64,000 bases of DNA from the human T2T-CHM13v2.0 reference genome, Homo sapiens. The notes below the pieces were generated by a model. That model was given only the letters and a program-made list of their open reading frames with translations, did no database searches and was not told where the DNA came from. The stretch lies in NCBI RefSeq assembly GCF_009914755.1, contig NC_060942.1; one strand, given 5' to 3'. The first letter of the stretch is position 1, and every line of letters begins with the position of its first letter. Positions 14,003-34,110 of this stretch are shown piece after piece. The position numbers and the translations under genes are program-made.

Positions 14003-14879
14003 GGTATATACCCAGTAATCCTTTGGGTATATACCCAGTAATGGGATGGCTGGGTCAAATGGTATTTCTAGTTCTAGATCCCTGAGGAAGCGCCACACTG
14101 ACTTCCACAATGGTTGAACTAGTTTACAATCCCACCAACAGTATAAAAATGTTCCTATTTCTCCTTCTCCTCTCCAGCACCTGTTGTTTCATGCCTTTTT
14201 AATGATCGCCTTCTAACTGGTGTGAGATGGTATCTCATTGTGGTTTTGATTTGCATTTTTCTGATGGCCAGTGATGATGAGCATTTTTTCATGTGTCTTT
14301 TGGCTGCATAAATGTCTTCTTTTGAGAAGTGTCTGTTCATATCCTTTGCCCACTTGTTGATGGGGTTGTTTGATTTATACCCAAAGGATTATAAATCATG
14401 CTGCTATAAAGACACATGCACACGTATGTTTATTGTGGCACTATTCACAATAGCAAAGACCTGGAACCAACCCAAATGTCCAACAATGATAGACTGGATT
14501 AAGAAAATGTGGCACATATACACCATGGAATACTATGCAGCCATAAAAAATGATGAGTTCATGTCCTTTGTAGGGACATGGATGAAGCTGGAAACCATCA
14601 TTCTCAGCAAACTATCACAAGGACAAAAAACCAAACACCACATGTTCTCACTCATAGGTGGGAATTGAACAATGAGAACACATGGACACAGGAAGGGGAA
14701 CATCACACACGGGGGCCTGTTGTGGGGTGGGGGTTGGGGGAGGGATAGCATTAGGAGATATACCTAATGTTAAATGATGTTAATGGGTGCAGCACACCAA
14801 CATGGCACATGTATAAATATGTAACTAACCTGCACGTTGTGTACATGTACCCTAAAACTTAAAATATAATTCAAAAAAT
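14003..14879 (+). mobile_element. L1PA 3' fragment with 5' inversion (inverted part 14003-14373)
   Basis: TSD aaagtcattcctttg at 13988-14002 and 14880-14894; ORF2 C-terminal peptides on both strands. Confidence 0.93.
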
Positions 14880-15642
14880 AAAGTCATTCCTTTGCTTTGC
14901 TCAACGGTTTATTATTAATGGGTATTAAATATTGTCAGCTATTTTTATCCATTGAAAATTATATGACATTTATATTTTACTCTGTTAATATGATAATAAT
15001 ATCTGAGGATTTTTAAAAAAGAGAAGCCAAAATATTTTCCCTATTTTAAACAAGTCAGATAATTATGTGTTAATTATATATTGTCATATTACATGTCTTT
15101 TAGTGAGATTGGTTTATAGTTTTTAATCCATTTGAGTCCTTGGTTTGGTGTTGGTATCAAAGTTAGAGTTGTGATAAGATAAATTCAACATTGTTCCTCC
15201 ATCATGTAGGCTGTAAAGTAACTTGTTTAAAATTAGCGTTCCTTGACTTTTTTTCCCTTGTGTTTTAGTAGTTTGTCAGTAAAACCCTATTCTCCAAGTA
15301 TTTTTCGTAGTTACATATCTAATGTATCATTTTAGTTATTTAATACTTGTAACTCATTCAAGCTTGTGTTCTTGTCAAGACAATTTCATTTAATTTTTAT
15401 GTGTAAATTGCCCATCTTACATAAATTGTCAAATTCATTGGCACAAGGTCATCGTAATATTGTAGGATTATTTCTAATCACTGTTGACTAGTTGCGAGTT
15501 CTTTTATTTTACATTTTTAATTTTATTAATATACTTGTTTATATTTGAAATTTTGAAGTAGCTGAAATCTTTTTCTTTATACGTGATTTCATAGATTTCA
15601 ACCATATTATACCCTTTCCAAATTAAAACAACTTTAAAGATT

Positions 15643-17355
<1,713 letters not shown>

Positions 17356-17932
17356 AAAACAACTTTAAAGATTCAGTGGTAGTTCTGCTTTAAGTTAGGA
17401 TACAGAAGGTCATGCAAAAATGTTGCTTCCACATTAAAAAAGACCTAATAAACTGAAAAAAGTTTCATTTTTCCTTTGAAGAAATGAGAAAACTATGAAA
17501 ACACACAGACACACATACAGACAAACATACACACAAGTCAAAAAAAAACCCCTAAATTTTGGAGAGAAGCACATTCTCCTTATGTGAGCAAATACAAAGA
17601 CAGTTTAGGTAATTTCAAGGGTATGAGTTCAGACAGGTTAGAGGCCTATTACAGGGAGAGATAATTTGCTGGTTTGAAGAGACATGAGCCAAACTTTAAC
17701 AATTCTGTAGGCTTGAGAGAATCCAGACAAGTCCCAAATACAAAACTAATCTTCCTTATCAGAAATTTGTTAAGTAAAGAGCAACTATTTAACCAAATAT
17801 TGACCAGTTATTTCACCAAATTAACTTGAATTCTACTACAACTATTATTATTAAAGAATTCAAATATAAAGCTTTCCTAAAGATTCCCAGATACTGAAAA
17901 AATAACATCTCTTTTAATATCATCACTATTAG

Positions 17933-18002
17933 TGATGGCAGCAGCGGCCTGAGTCAGCTTTCAGCAGGAGAGGCATGGCGGGGGCTGCATGCTCTGCGGA
18001 GC
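17933..18002 (+). mobile_element. MER52-like ERV1 LTR 5' fragment
   Basis: tgatggcagcagcggcc...ggagaggcatggcgggggctgcatgctctgcggagc. Confidence 0.6.
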
Positions 18003-18339
18003 TGAGGTGTTTAGACCATGGGGGCAGATCTCATGAATGGCTTGGGCTATCCCCTTGGTGATCAGAGAGTTACTGCTCTGAGTTCACACAAGAACTGGTC
18101 ATTTAAGTGTTTGTGGCACCACCTCCCGGCTTCGTTTCTGCTTTCGCCATGTGACACGTCTGTCCCAACTTTGCATTCTGCCATGATTGTAAGCTTCCTG
18201 AGGCCTCCCCAGCAGCCCAGTAGATGTCAGCACCATGTTCCCCATAAAGCTGGCAGAACTGTGAGATAATTAAATCTCTTTTCTTTATAAATTACCCACT
18301 GTTAGGTATTTACAGCAATTCAAGAACGGCCTGAAACAG
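18003..18339 (+). mobile_element. MST (MaLR) LTR, 5'-truncated
   Basis: catgggggcagatctcatgaatggcttgg...ccatgattgtaagcttcctgaggcctccc...ttctttataaattaccca. Confidence 0.88.
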
Positions 18340-19398
18340 TACCATTATGAATCAGGCACTGTGCTGAGGCAGAATTAAATATAAAAATAATAATAAACAA
18401 ATGAAGATACCTGCCCCTACCTTGAAGGGAATTTATACCCAGGAATGGGCATCACATGTTCAAACACACAATTACAGTGGGTGGAACTTCATAATACAAA
18501 GCATTCTAGTAGTGTATGGAAATACAGTGTGCTCTACTGGATGGGCTGGGCAAGGCTGCCTGGTGGGAAATATAAATGGGAATTGAGGCAGAGGTCAGAT
18601 TTTGAAAGGCCACCTGTGCTCGAATAAGGCGGTAAGCAGGTCTTATCCTGTTAATAAGGAAGCTAGAGGCATATGTGTTTGAGAAGGATTACTGGATCAT
18701 CAATATGGAGAAAAGCTGGAGGAGAGAGGAAAGGGAGTTAGGGAAGTCCAGGTAATTTCTTGTTAGAAAGTCAGTATGTACCCTATATAGGGTACACGTC
18801 TTCTCTTTTAAAAATAAAAAAAAAAATAGTTTTACCAAATTTCCTTTTACCTTCTCTGACTTGTAGGCTACAATGTTAGTATTTAGCTCTATAGTAAGAA
18901 GAGAATGGCTGTTGATTCCCATATCATGACACAAAAAGCCTAGTGTTTCATCATTAACTGTTATTGGAAAAAGAGTCAATAGAATGCTGTTTTATTTTTT
19001 TTTTCCTGACACGGTTTCAGAAAACTTTCTGAAGAATCTTCTCTTTGGTGGACAATAGGAGACAAATTTGAACTGAGGAATCAGTAATATATACCAGCAA
19101 CCTGGAAGCAAAACTAAATTGTAATAAACAGCAACAAAATGTCAGCCTTAAGAAAGAATAATTTTAGGGGCCGTTAAATGAGTATATTTTGGGGAGAGGT
19201 AGTTAAAATATAACCTACAAAATAATATATTTTGTGAGGTTTTTTTACTTTCAATTTTTTCTTTATCTTTAATGTATATTTTACTATTAATAGACAACAT
19301 CCCTAAGCTTCATTTGTAATATTTTCTGTATATTTCACCTTAGCTTTTCTCATAGTGCTTAAGAAATTCTTATTACAAATTTGACACATATTGCTGCA

Positions 19399-19518
19399 CT
19401 TGCCTCAATATTTCAATAGAAAGAGAATTCTCTTAGGCTGTATATTGTGAAGTTAGCTCTTGCCTCAATATTTCAATAGAAAGAAAATTCTCGTAGACTA
19501 TGTATTGTGAAGTTAGCT
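19399..19518 (+). repeat. 60-bp tandem duplication (2 copies, about 5 mismatches)
   Basis: cttgcctcaatatttcaatagaaag...attgtgaagttagct twice. Confidence 0.95.
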
Positions 19519-19707
19519 CTATACAGTTAATAATATAATCTATAATAACCTTTCCATTAGAGAGAAATTTTCCCCTCCGAGTTCATTATCTATGAATTAG
19601 GTCTTGCACTGTTGGTAGAATAAAGCATGTTATTCTGCTCTAAAGTTGTAGCTTGACTTTTCAGAACTGTTTAGTGACTCTGTGGCCAAACATACACGGC
19701 ATCTAAC

Positions 19708-22470
<2,763 letters not shown>

Positions 22471-22481
22471 GGCTTTAAAAA

Positions 22482-22482
<1 letters not shown>

Positions 22483-22532
<50 letters not shown>

Positions 22533-22750
22533 TATATATATATAACTTCTCTCTATATACTCTCTCTATATACATATATGCCATCTCTATATGTATGTAT
22601 ATATATGTCTGTGTGTGTATGTATATATATGTATGTAGAGAGAAAGGTGTAATATATGTATTTATATGTGTATGTGTGTGTATATGTGTATATATAGAGA
22701 GGTGTATACATATATATGTATGTGTATATATGTGTATGTGTGTATCTCTA
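22483..22750 (+). repeat. (CA)n followed by TA/TG-rich low complexity
   Basis: Directly visible. Confidence 0.95.
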
Positions 22751-22751
22751 T

Positions 22752-23356
22752 AGGTTGGAAATAAATAGTCATGGTACTAATTATGGTAGAATGATTGACA
22801 GCAATTTTATGGATCAGATATCTCAGTTCCTGAGAGCTGCAATACAGCATAAAAGAAACAGGAACACAAGATGAATTCCACTTTAATTTTTCCCAAAGAC
22901 AGTGACATATAATTCTTCAAAAATTTAAGAAGAAAATTAAGTATTCAAATTGTAATAACAAACTGTATCCTTTAACCTAGACTTGAGAACAGATTATTTG
23001 CTCTTATAATTTTCTTTTCTTTTCACCATGTAATACATCTAATTAATCGAAGTCATTTTTCCATTTAATTATTCTGTTACAGATGCCATCTCAATTTCAT
23101 TTAATGTTATTCGCAGTAATCAGGAAAATGTTCCATCACAACTTTTAAAATTATGTCTGAGTTAAATCCTGACTCTCATAAATCAATTTGTTTGTGATAA
23201 GAGTCTACGGAACTCAGAATAGATAACAACGTTTCCTTCAGGACCATCTTCAGCCTGTTCCCACCTTACTCATATCCTTTAATGGTGGAGACCAGGATAG
23301 ACTCCAAAGACTTTAATATTCTTGGTTCTGACGTCACTGGGAGCCTTATTTTTCCA
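22752..23356 (-). pseudogene. Fossil FN3 domain split over two exons (23209-23356; about 22752-22895)
   Basis: KNIKVFGV...VRWEQAEDGPEGNVVIYS, then YAVLQ-LSGTE(frameshift)YLI..IAV; fits the FN3 W...Y...L.PGTEY.I.V.A pattern. Confidence 0.55.
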
Positions 23357-23409
23357 CTGGTAAATTAGACTGACTATGATCCACTTTATATAGTTAATAA
23401 TAATGTCAC

Positions 23410-23884
23410 TGTCAACTGTTTTTTCTGTATATCAGCCACAAAGAAGGAATGTCCATTTGGAGAGGCAATCAGGTTTTGTCCAGTTGCCAAAGAATGGAGC
23501 AGGGGAGCTCATGATCTAAAGCCACCTTCTCTCTGGGCAATGGGAGGGATGGGAGTTTTGAAGGGTTGCTGCTGGGCAAGGAAGGTCTGTACGCAAGTTT
23601 CAGATGCAGAAGCACAGTTCATGAGCATACTTCTTCATACATCTCGTGTACACAAAATAGCCATCTTCTCTTAGGGGAGGGTTTTTTAGTATTATAATGA
23701 CATGTTAATGATGGAAAGGTAACTGGAGGTCACCTGCTCAGGTCTAGACTCCCTCTGTAATCCAGCATAGGGTCACAAGGCTGCTTTGTGGCATCTGGGC
23801 CATCTGGCTACCTTAAGCAGCTGTGCTTATGGATTAAGAGAAGAATAAAGAGAAACTGTTAAAGATGGGGCCATCCTGGTGACA
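23410..23884 (-). mobile_element. ERV1 (MER4-group-like) solo LTR, subfamily uncertain
   Basis: GC-richer block of about 470 bp bounded by tg...ca, LTR-like composition. Confidence 0.55.
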
Positions 23885-24142
23885 AAATATTGACAGCACT
23901 TTAAACTTGCCTATTCAATGGTATTGAATTAATCCCTCCTATGAATTATTGACCCAAATAGCTTACAGAAATATACATTTGAAAATCAAAATCCTTTGGC
24001 CATTGAGGAAATGAAGGAATTGTTCTTAATTCTTTTCTTGCACTGAACTTGTATTAAGTACAAGAAGTTTAAATAACTGGGTAATATATAATTTTTTTGT
24101 TTTTGCTTTTTGCTTTGTAGCATAAATTAAAATTTAAGAGTA

Positions 24143-26008
<1,866 letters not shown>

Positions 26009-29000
26009 TGTGGACTGATATCTCAACTAACATACAATTTGTCCTATATGCAGACTGAGACTGTGGAATTTACCTTTTCACAATCAGTCCACAGCAGTCC
26101 CAATATGAGGGTTTAATCTTAGGGAAATAGTTTCTGACTCAGTTTCTTGGCCTCACATTCCTGTTTATTTGTTTAAGAAGAGTAATTTTTAAAATATATC
26201 CCACTTTAAACATATGGGAAAATATAGACTATTATAGACAATATCTGCATATACACTACCAATCTTAATGCTGATCATGTTTGTTTAATGCCTTTTGCAA
26301 TTTTGATATAATGTATTTGATACATAAAAAAGAATATATTTAACACAAATGTAAGTTAAGAAGCAAAATATAAAACAAACACCCACACATCCAGCCTACC
26401 CATATTCTCTTACCTTGTCCCATCCACCTGCTTCAGATCTCTCTTTCTTTTTCTAAGAAATAAAATATTTCCTATTTAGTTGATACTGACTATGAGCTTC
26501 TCAGCATCCGTCATCCTTCCTTTTTCACTCTCTAGAATTTGTTGTTTATAATTCCCATAGCACACACACACACAAAAAGAAAACCACTTAGAAACAAATG
26601 CAGGAAACTGTGAATGTATACTTATTTTGCATTAGATTTATTCAGTGGATACTTGGAATTACAATTGATTAATTTTATCTATATGAGATGAACATATCAG
26701 TATTATTTATTTCATTCTCTGTAGATGGTGTGTGGATAATGCTATACTTACATATATTTACACAATTTCCATTTATGCTCCTATAAATATTCTTATATAG
26801 TTGCACACAAATGTTGATGTTTCTCTAAGACAGAAGTTCTTAGACTGCATACTGAAATCACTTGGGAAGTAGTGTTAAAAAATTCTGGTGCTGGTATCTC
26901 TCCCCTGCTCTGGAAATTCTAACTTAATAGTTCTACAGAATGGCTCGGGCATCAGCATTATTTTAAAGTTCCCCAAGTGAATTTAGTTTGATTTAGAATT
27001 ATTAAGATATACCTAAAAAGAGAATTACTAAGTCATAGATTATGTGTATAAACATTTTCAAGTTTATGATGTATTGTTATAATGTTCCTCCAAATGGGTA
27101 TATCATTTTACAATTCTAGCAGAAGTGCATAAAATTCCCTTTTCTGTCTTTGCTTGTCAACACTTGGTATTGCCAGGTTTTGAAATTTCTACCAATTTGA
27201 TTAGAATGGTTTCTCTGTTTTCACTTGCCCTTTGCCAGATCATTAATGAGAATGAGTAATTTTACACTTTTATTGGCCATTAGATTTTTTGTTCTGTGGA
27301 TTATCTCAATATAATTAATAAAAGTTATAATAAAATATACCTTTTTTCTTTTATACTGAAGTCTTAAACCAATTCTGTTTTATCTGTGTGTTGCATAAAA
27401 GATCAAACTTTAAAAATATTTCTATGTAAATGACTGTCACAGCATCATATTACTAAGTGGTCGATTTTTTCTCTACTGACATGCAGTGTCACTTCAATGG
27501 TGAATCAAGTTTTCACATAGGTGTAATTCTAAGCTCCTTGTCCTGTTCCATTGGTTTGTGTGTCTCTGCAACAGTATGCACTTCTATAATGGTAATTTTC
27601 TTATAAATATTTATTTCAGGATAAATCCCCTTGGGTTTTTGCTCTTCAACATTATCTTGGCCATAGTTGATCTTTCATTTTGAACATTTTAAAATCAGCT
27701 GGTCAAATTACAGTTGTGATAATAATTGTAATAAATTTGTAGATGAATTCAAGAAGGCTTGCTATCATGAAATTAAATCATCCTATGTGGGTGGTGAATC
27801 ATTCTATTTATTTAGATCTTTTCTTATGGCTTTCAATAAATTTTAATCATATTCTGTTTAGAGTAATTGAATCATTTCATTAGTTTTCTTCTTAAGTAGC
27901 AGTAGTTTTTTGTTATTATAAATAATATCATTTTTAAAAATTATATATTTTAAGTTATTTGTGGCACATTGGAACATAATTGATTCCTATAGATTGATTT
28001 AAACCCAATAAAATTATTGGAACCTCTTATTAGCGCTAATAGTTTTTCAGTATATTTGATTTTATTTTCCAGATAGACAATGGTAATGTCTGTGAGTAGT
28101 AAGCATTTTATAACTTATTTTGTCTTACTATGTACTCTAGGACCAGAAGAAAATTATGAACAAAAACAGTGATAAAATAAATCCTAGAAATGTACCTACA
28201 ATTTTCTTTTTGCCTAAAATCTGCTTTTCTGTTACTAATTTAACTACACCAGCTTACTTATGATTGTCCTCCCTAGCTTTCCATCTCCTTACTTTTACTT
28301 TCAATATTTGGTATTCTTATGTTCTAGGTATGTATCTTGTTAATAACACATCTGGATTTTGCTTTTTATTCAATTTAATCAAATTGGATAAACCATTAAC
28401 TGTTTTTTTAAAAGAGAGCTTCATTAGGTAGAATTTCTATACCATAAAACTCACCCATTTTACGTGTATAATTCATGAGTACAGTGAATTTGCAGAATTG
28501 AGTAACTTCCACAAAATCTAGTCTTAGCATATTTTCATTTCCCCTAAAAAATCCTTTTCAGTTATTATGGATAGTGCTGCAATAAACACTATATATCTTT
28601 ATGTAGACATAAGCCTTCTTTTCTTTCAGGCAAATGCCTATGAGTGCTATTGCCAGGTCTTATGGTAAATTTATGTCTAACTTTTTAAGAAACTATAAAC
28701 CATTTTTTCAAAGTGTCTGCTCTGTGTTACATTTCTACTAGCAATATATGAGGGTTTCTGTTTCTCTACCTTCTCACCAACATTTGTTATTGTCTGTCTT
28801 TTTAATTATAGCTATTCAAGTACTTGTGAAGTAATATGGCTTGTGGTTTCAATTTCAACTTCTATAATGACTAATTAGTTGAACATCTTTTTATGTGTTT
28901 ATTCACCATTCATGTATCTTTAGAGAAATATCTATTCAAATATTTTCTTTATGTTTTAAATTTTGTTTGTCTTACTGAGTTGTAAGTATTCTTTATACTT

Positions 29001-29321
29001 TCAAATGTTATTTGTATATGACAGAATTTGCAAATATTTCAAATAAGTAGGATTTTGAAATTTTAATATTGTCTTTGTAAGTGCCAAGTTTTAAATTTTT
29101 AACTGAAATTAAACAGTGTTTTTCTTTTATGTATTGTACTTTTGATGTTACATGTCTAAGAGCTTTGGCCTAACTGAAGGTCACTGTGGTTTCTAATCAT
29201 TGCCTTTGATTAGATGAATTAGTCCACCTGTTTTGTTTTGTTTTGTTTTGTTTTGCTTTGTTCTGTCAGATTGTTTGTTAGACCTTTCTTTTATCTTTTT
29301 TGGTCTTTAGTTTCACTATGT

Positions 29322-29669
29322 CAGGAGTGAAGGGATTCATGAGTTGAAAAAAAATGTTTATAATAATAGTAAGAGAATGTCTTTTGCTGTTCTCTCATGA
29401 GAGGACAGTGGAGAGTTTTCTGAGGTCATATGACTGTGATATGTCAACAGATTGAAGGCAGAACAGTGGTGAGAATCTACATACCTTCTCTTAAGCCATA
29501 TATTAAAGAGTGCAAAAATGGAAAACAATATCACCCTTTTCAATAGTTTTGGAAAATGTAGTTACTTTTTATATAAATGTGTTGCTTGTGTTAACATGGA
29601 AGGGGCTTATTGGTGCTTTTTTCAATAAGAGTAAAATAGTACTAAAACCAAAAAGCTTGAGAACTGCTG
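29322..29669 (+). mobile_element. Charlie1 (hAT) terminal fragment
   Basis: ttaagccatatattaaagagtgcaaaaatggaaaacaat...aaaagcttgagaactgctg. Confidence 0.75.
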
Positions 29670-30159
29670 TACCATATTACTTTTAGAAAATTGTGAGTTT
29701 TGCTTGCTTCTTGGTTTATTTAAATCCTGCTTATGACTAGATTTCCTTTGTTATGAGAACTCATACTCACTTCCTTTCCGCAATGACAGCCATGATCTCT
29801 TGTCATATTTTGTTTTCACCTTTCTCTTTATTTTACTCTTCTAGTTAAATTCCTTGATACATTTAAAATTTCACATTTTACCTTCTATACCTCTTTATTT
29901 TGCAGTTGTAGTTTTTATTTCTGTGTCTCTGTAATACCTTTTCTGAGTGAATTCATCAGACCTATTTTGAGATAATTTATCATTTGCTAAACTGTATTGA
30001 ATAGATTGTTGAATTTTTCCACTTGATTTTCAATGACTGTAGATTCATTTCTGGTTATTCTGGTTATCTGGTTATTTTTGGTAGTGTTTAATCATTTTAG
30101 TTCCTTTTCAAAAATATTTAATAATTTAATTATTAAATTTCTTAAGAGATAATCATTTT

Positions 30160-30400
30160 ATACATTGTATAATATTTATATATAAGCATATATTTATATA
30201 CATATATATTATACATATATACATATATATGTTTATTATATATTATATGTTTATTATATATTATATATTATGATATATTTATATATTTATAATATATAAT
30301 GTGTATTTATATAATATATAAAATATGTTATATAAAAATCTAATATATAAATATATGTAATATGTATTTATAATCTATATTTATATATATATTTATATAT
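30160..30400. repeat. AT-rich (TA)n low complexity
   Basis: Directly visible. Confidence 0.95.
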
Positions 30401-33400
30401 TGTAGAATAATATCACTCATGTTGGACTGTTTCCCCATATATTTTGCAATTTGAGACCGGGACTCATCTTCCATGAAGCTTAATTTGGGAATACCGCAAT
30501 GGCTCTGATTAGGCTATCTCCATCTTGAGGAGTTTTGCATTTGCCTCTGCCAAGTCCTTTTCAGTTATATCTCTGTCTAGGGGATATTATTATATAGATT
30601 TTTTTTTGGATTGCTTTTACAGTCGTGTGAATTCAAACCGTAAACCAAAATAATCCAAGCCTGTGGTTCTGGAACTCTCAGAGAAGACACTTTCTTTTCT
30701 CTTACCAAGAGCCCATGCTGAAAAAAGATAAGCTGTTGTCTTCCAAAGTTTGGGGGCAAATAATTTCTAGTTCATCTTTTTATTGAGAGTAAAGGCTTCT
30801 AAGGGTCTCAGGCTTAGAAGTTGGTGTCCATTTCAACTTGTTATCTCAGCAAGACTCTATCCCTACCAGTATGTTAACACCCAAGCTGTTGGTTTCTCAG
30901 ATGAGCAAAGACCACTTCCTCTAAACTTCCTTTCCAATAACATCACAGCTAAGTCATGTCCTTATCACTATTTTTTTCAGATCTGCAAAGACTTCCCCAG
31001 TTTTTTGAAAAAACTCATCAGACTCCACCAACCATACTCATATAAGGCTTATACTTAAAGGCAAAGTATATGGTGCGATAAGAAAAAGAGAATGCAGGCA
31101 AACACTGGAAGCCCTAGATACCCACGCACAAAGCCCACGAAGGCTCAGTCACATACACAAATTACACTGTGTCTTCAGGTTGAACCACAAGGATTTTTGT
31201 GAGGAGTCATGGCTTTCTGGGAGTTCGAAGAGAAACTTTCAAAGAGGCCTTTCAAGTAATCAAGCCAGGCTTCTCAACTCTGTTTGGCCAATTGCTAAGT
31301 ACGGTTAAAGAGGCTGACCCTGGAAGTCATGAAGGAACCTTAAACAGGACGTCTTAAAGAATGCAGCTCAAATTCCATTACCCTGATTTTGGCTCAGAGT
31401 AAAAAATCAAATACTCAGTCTTCTCCAGAAATAAAGATAGATCTTTTCCATTTATTCTGTAAATTTGTCTCCACAGGCTGTCTATTTTGACTCCTGGAAG
31501 TTTCTCTTATTTTCATGTCAGCTATACAACGAAAGGTACAAATTTGGTATTTTATCCAGAACTTTAGGTAGTTTTTAATAGTGGACTTTCCAAGTTATGT
31601 AGATATTACTCACATCAGAAGCCACTATTATTTTTAACAATAGGGATAACACAATTCATTAGATTTACCACAATTGCACTGGGCTGAAACCCTTCTTTAA
31701 ATCTGGACTCATTATTGTGAATCTTATCTATCTTTTCAGGTTATTTGATTATATTCCTTATACTTGAAGCAACTGACTGGGTTACTAAATGAAGGGACTG
31801 TTGACCACTATACCTGTTTTAGTTGATTTCTTGTTATTGAAACCTGCCTGAACTGAGCCTAAGGCCCCCACCCCCTCCTTTCTTTTTGTCCTTGTAACTA
31901 CCCCAGCCCCTTGAGTTCTACTTCTTCTTGGCCCAGGAATCTCTTCCTTCCCATAGGCCACAACTGCTGTTATCCGATTCTACCTTGACCTCAAATCTGC
32001 ATAGTTTATAACAAGGACTTTAAACATTAAACATTAAATGAGAGGAAAAAGCATATTTTGATTCAATTCCTTTTCCTGTATGAAACAAATGTTATTTTCA
32101 GCCATTTATCTTGTTGGGAATTAAAAATCTTACTGAAAAACAGAGACCTCTCCATGTCCATATAGAAATAAAACTCATTATTACTGAATTAGCAAAACAG
32201 AATACACACATCTAGGTAGCCCACAGGAGACAACAGAGCCAGGATAAAATTCTGCACAATTTATATAGCAAAGTGAGAACAAAGTTCACTGAAGAATTTG
32301 AACAGCTATTTGTTTAGTTAATTGAGCTCCTTCAAAAGAATAATAATACTTCTTATCTCCCTCCAAAACCAATGGTTCCACCTTGAGATGGGCTCCTACT
32401 TTAACTCTGAGGATGTAGTTTTACATTTCAAGAGGGTATGAGACCAATGACCTTGGAGAAATCTACACTGTAAACATGGAGTCTGGGCTATTCTATTCCT
32501 TGAAGAGACTGATCTATGTTCCATGGTTTAGAGAAAGGATTCAAGCCAATTATGTTTTCAAGGAGATATTTTGAAGGAGGGAAGAAGAGAGAGCTGCTTC
32601 CTTTTCCTCTATAGGCAAAACCAATTATTTTTAAAGATTAATTTATCCTTTCAATTTCATACATGACAGAAATAATTTATACAATGCTGCTTTACTGATT
32701 TTGTCTAAAATTGCCATTTTAAGGAATAATTGAAAATATATGACAAAATTATATGGAAAATTACAACTTCCAAATGATTGGACATCAAACTGAATCACAC
32801 CATTTTAATTATTGTCTAATTATTTTCACTTTCTGCCTTTTTAAAATCTTGAAATAAACAATGTCCAAAAATAATTTAATTTTTGACTTTTAAATAAACC
32901 AGAATAGAAAAATGCCACCTATATTTCTACATTATCTCCATAATTATGTTAACAATTGCTAAATATATGTGTAGAATAATTAACTACTTTTAGCATATTA
33001 GATTTTTATGATGTTTAAATTTTTGTCTTTTCTTTTAAAATTAGCATTCAAATCTATATATAGACATTGAGATGCCTATGACATATTATTTAGTGCAACT
33101 ATAGTAATTCTGTTCTGTTTCCTATCATTATAAAAACTATTATTAAAAATGGCTTTTTGGTAGCATAGAGATGGTTGGTATGACCCTTTAACTTCTAAAA
33201 ATTTGCCTCTCTGATTCCTTACTTCATAATCTGTTGTCAGATAAATACAAATAAATTTAAATTTCTGTTCTCTTAGGGTATAGGTACTTGTAAATCATCT
33301 TTTCACTTCAACCTTAAAGGTATAATATTGCTATTACTCTGATAAATTCCTTGTTCAAACAAAAATATTCAGAGTCTTTGCCTCATTTAAATTATTGTAT

Positions 33401-33939
33401 AATCATATTGAAGCGGAGACAGGCTGACTGTGGTGGTATTGCTCTGAAGGACTCTAAAATTTGGAAATTCTGGGTCTTGTCTTAGAACTGGAACTCTTTT
33501 AGTTGGTCTATACAATTCAATGTCCGTTATCTTCAAAGAGTAGGTTAGATCCAGTTGTGTTTCTTCTACTTACTTATGCTTGCATAGGATGCTTAGCTGT
33601 GGATCCATAGCTTCCTGTCACAGTCTAGAGAGAAGTGGACATTAACACTGCATCAGAGGACAGTCATAGCCACTCTAAAAGAAGGAATAGGTAGGACATG
33701 CAATCATCTGAACATGACCAGAGGTGAGAAACACATTCTCTATTTATAAGAGTTAATGATTATTTCCTCTAAAGACTCTGACATTTCCTGAAAAAGATTC
33801 CTCTCTTTATACTTTAAAATTAACTAATGGCTAGTATCAAGTGATAGTTAGGGACTAGGCATGAGGAAGGAAGGTGGAGCTCTCTGAATGGACAGTTATC
33901 CCAATGAAGGGGCCCTGCACCTGAGGACTGGAGCAGAGA

Positions 33940-34110
33940 ATTAATATGTCTTACATTACTTAACAAAAACTTTCACTCCCATTATTATATACGAGCCTCG
34001 TGATTACATTGTGAAGTAGAAAACAGCCCATTTCACAGATTGGAAAGTCCCCTATAGGTTAAAGTGACATGTCTAAGAATACATAAGCAGTTGGTGTAGT
34101 GTTGGTACTT
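33940..34110 (-). mobile_element. MIR
   Basis: cccatttcacagattggaaag...ggttaaagtgacatgtctaag core. Confidence 0.7.

Larger units (their letters stand above)
26270..31620 (-). mobile_element. Old L1ME/L1M fragments with nested elements
   Basis: T-rich degenerate antisense L1 motifs (gtgctgcaataaacac; ctcaccaacatttgttattgtc). Confidence 0.65.

Noticed and set aside
19399-19518. CRISPR-like or other prokaryotic repeat system
   Set aside because: Only two-copy tandem duplications without spacers, in clearly primate DNA.
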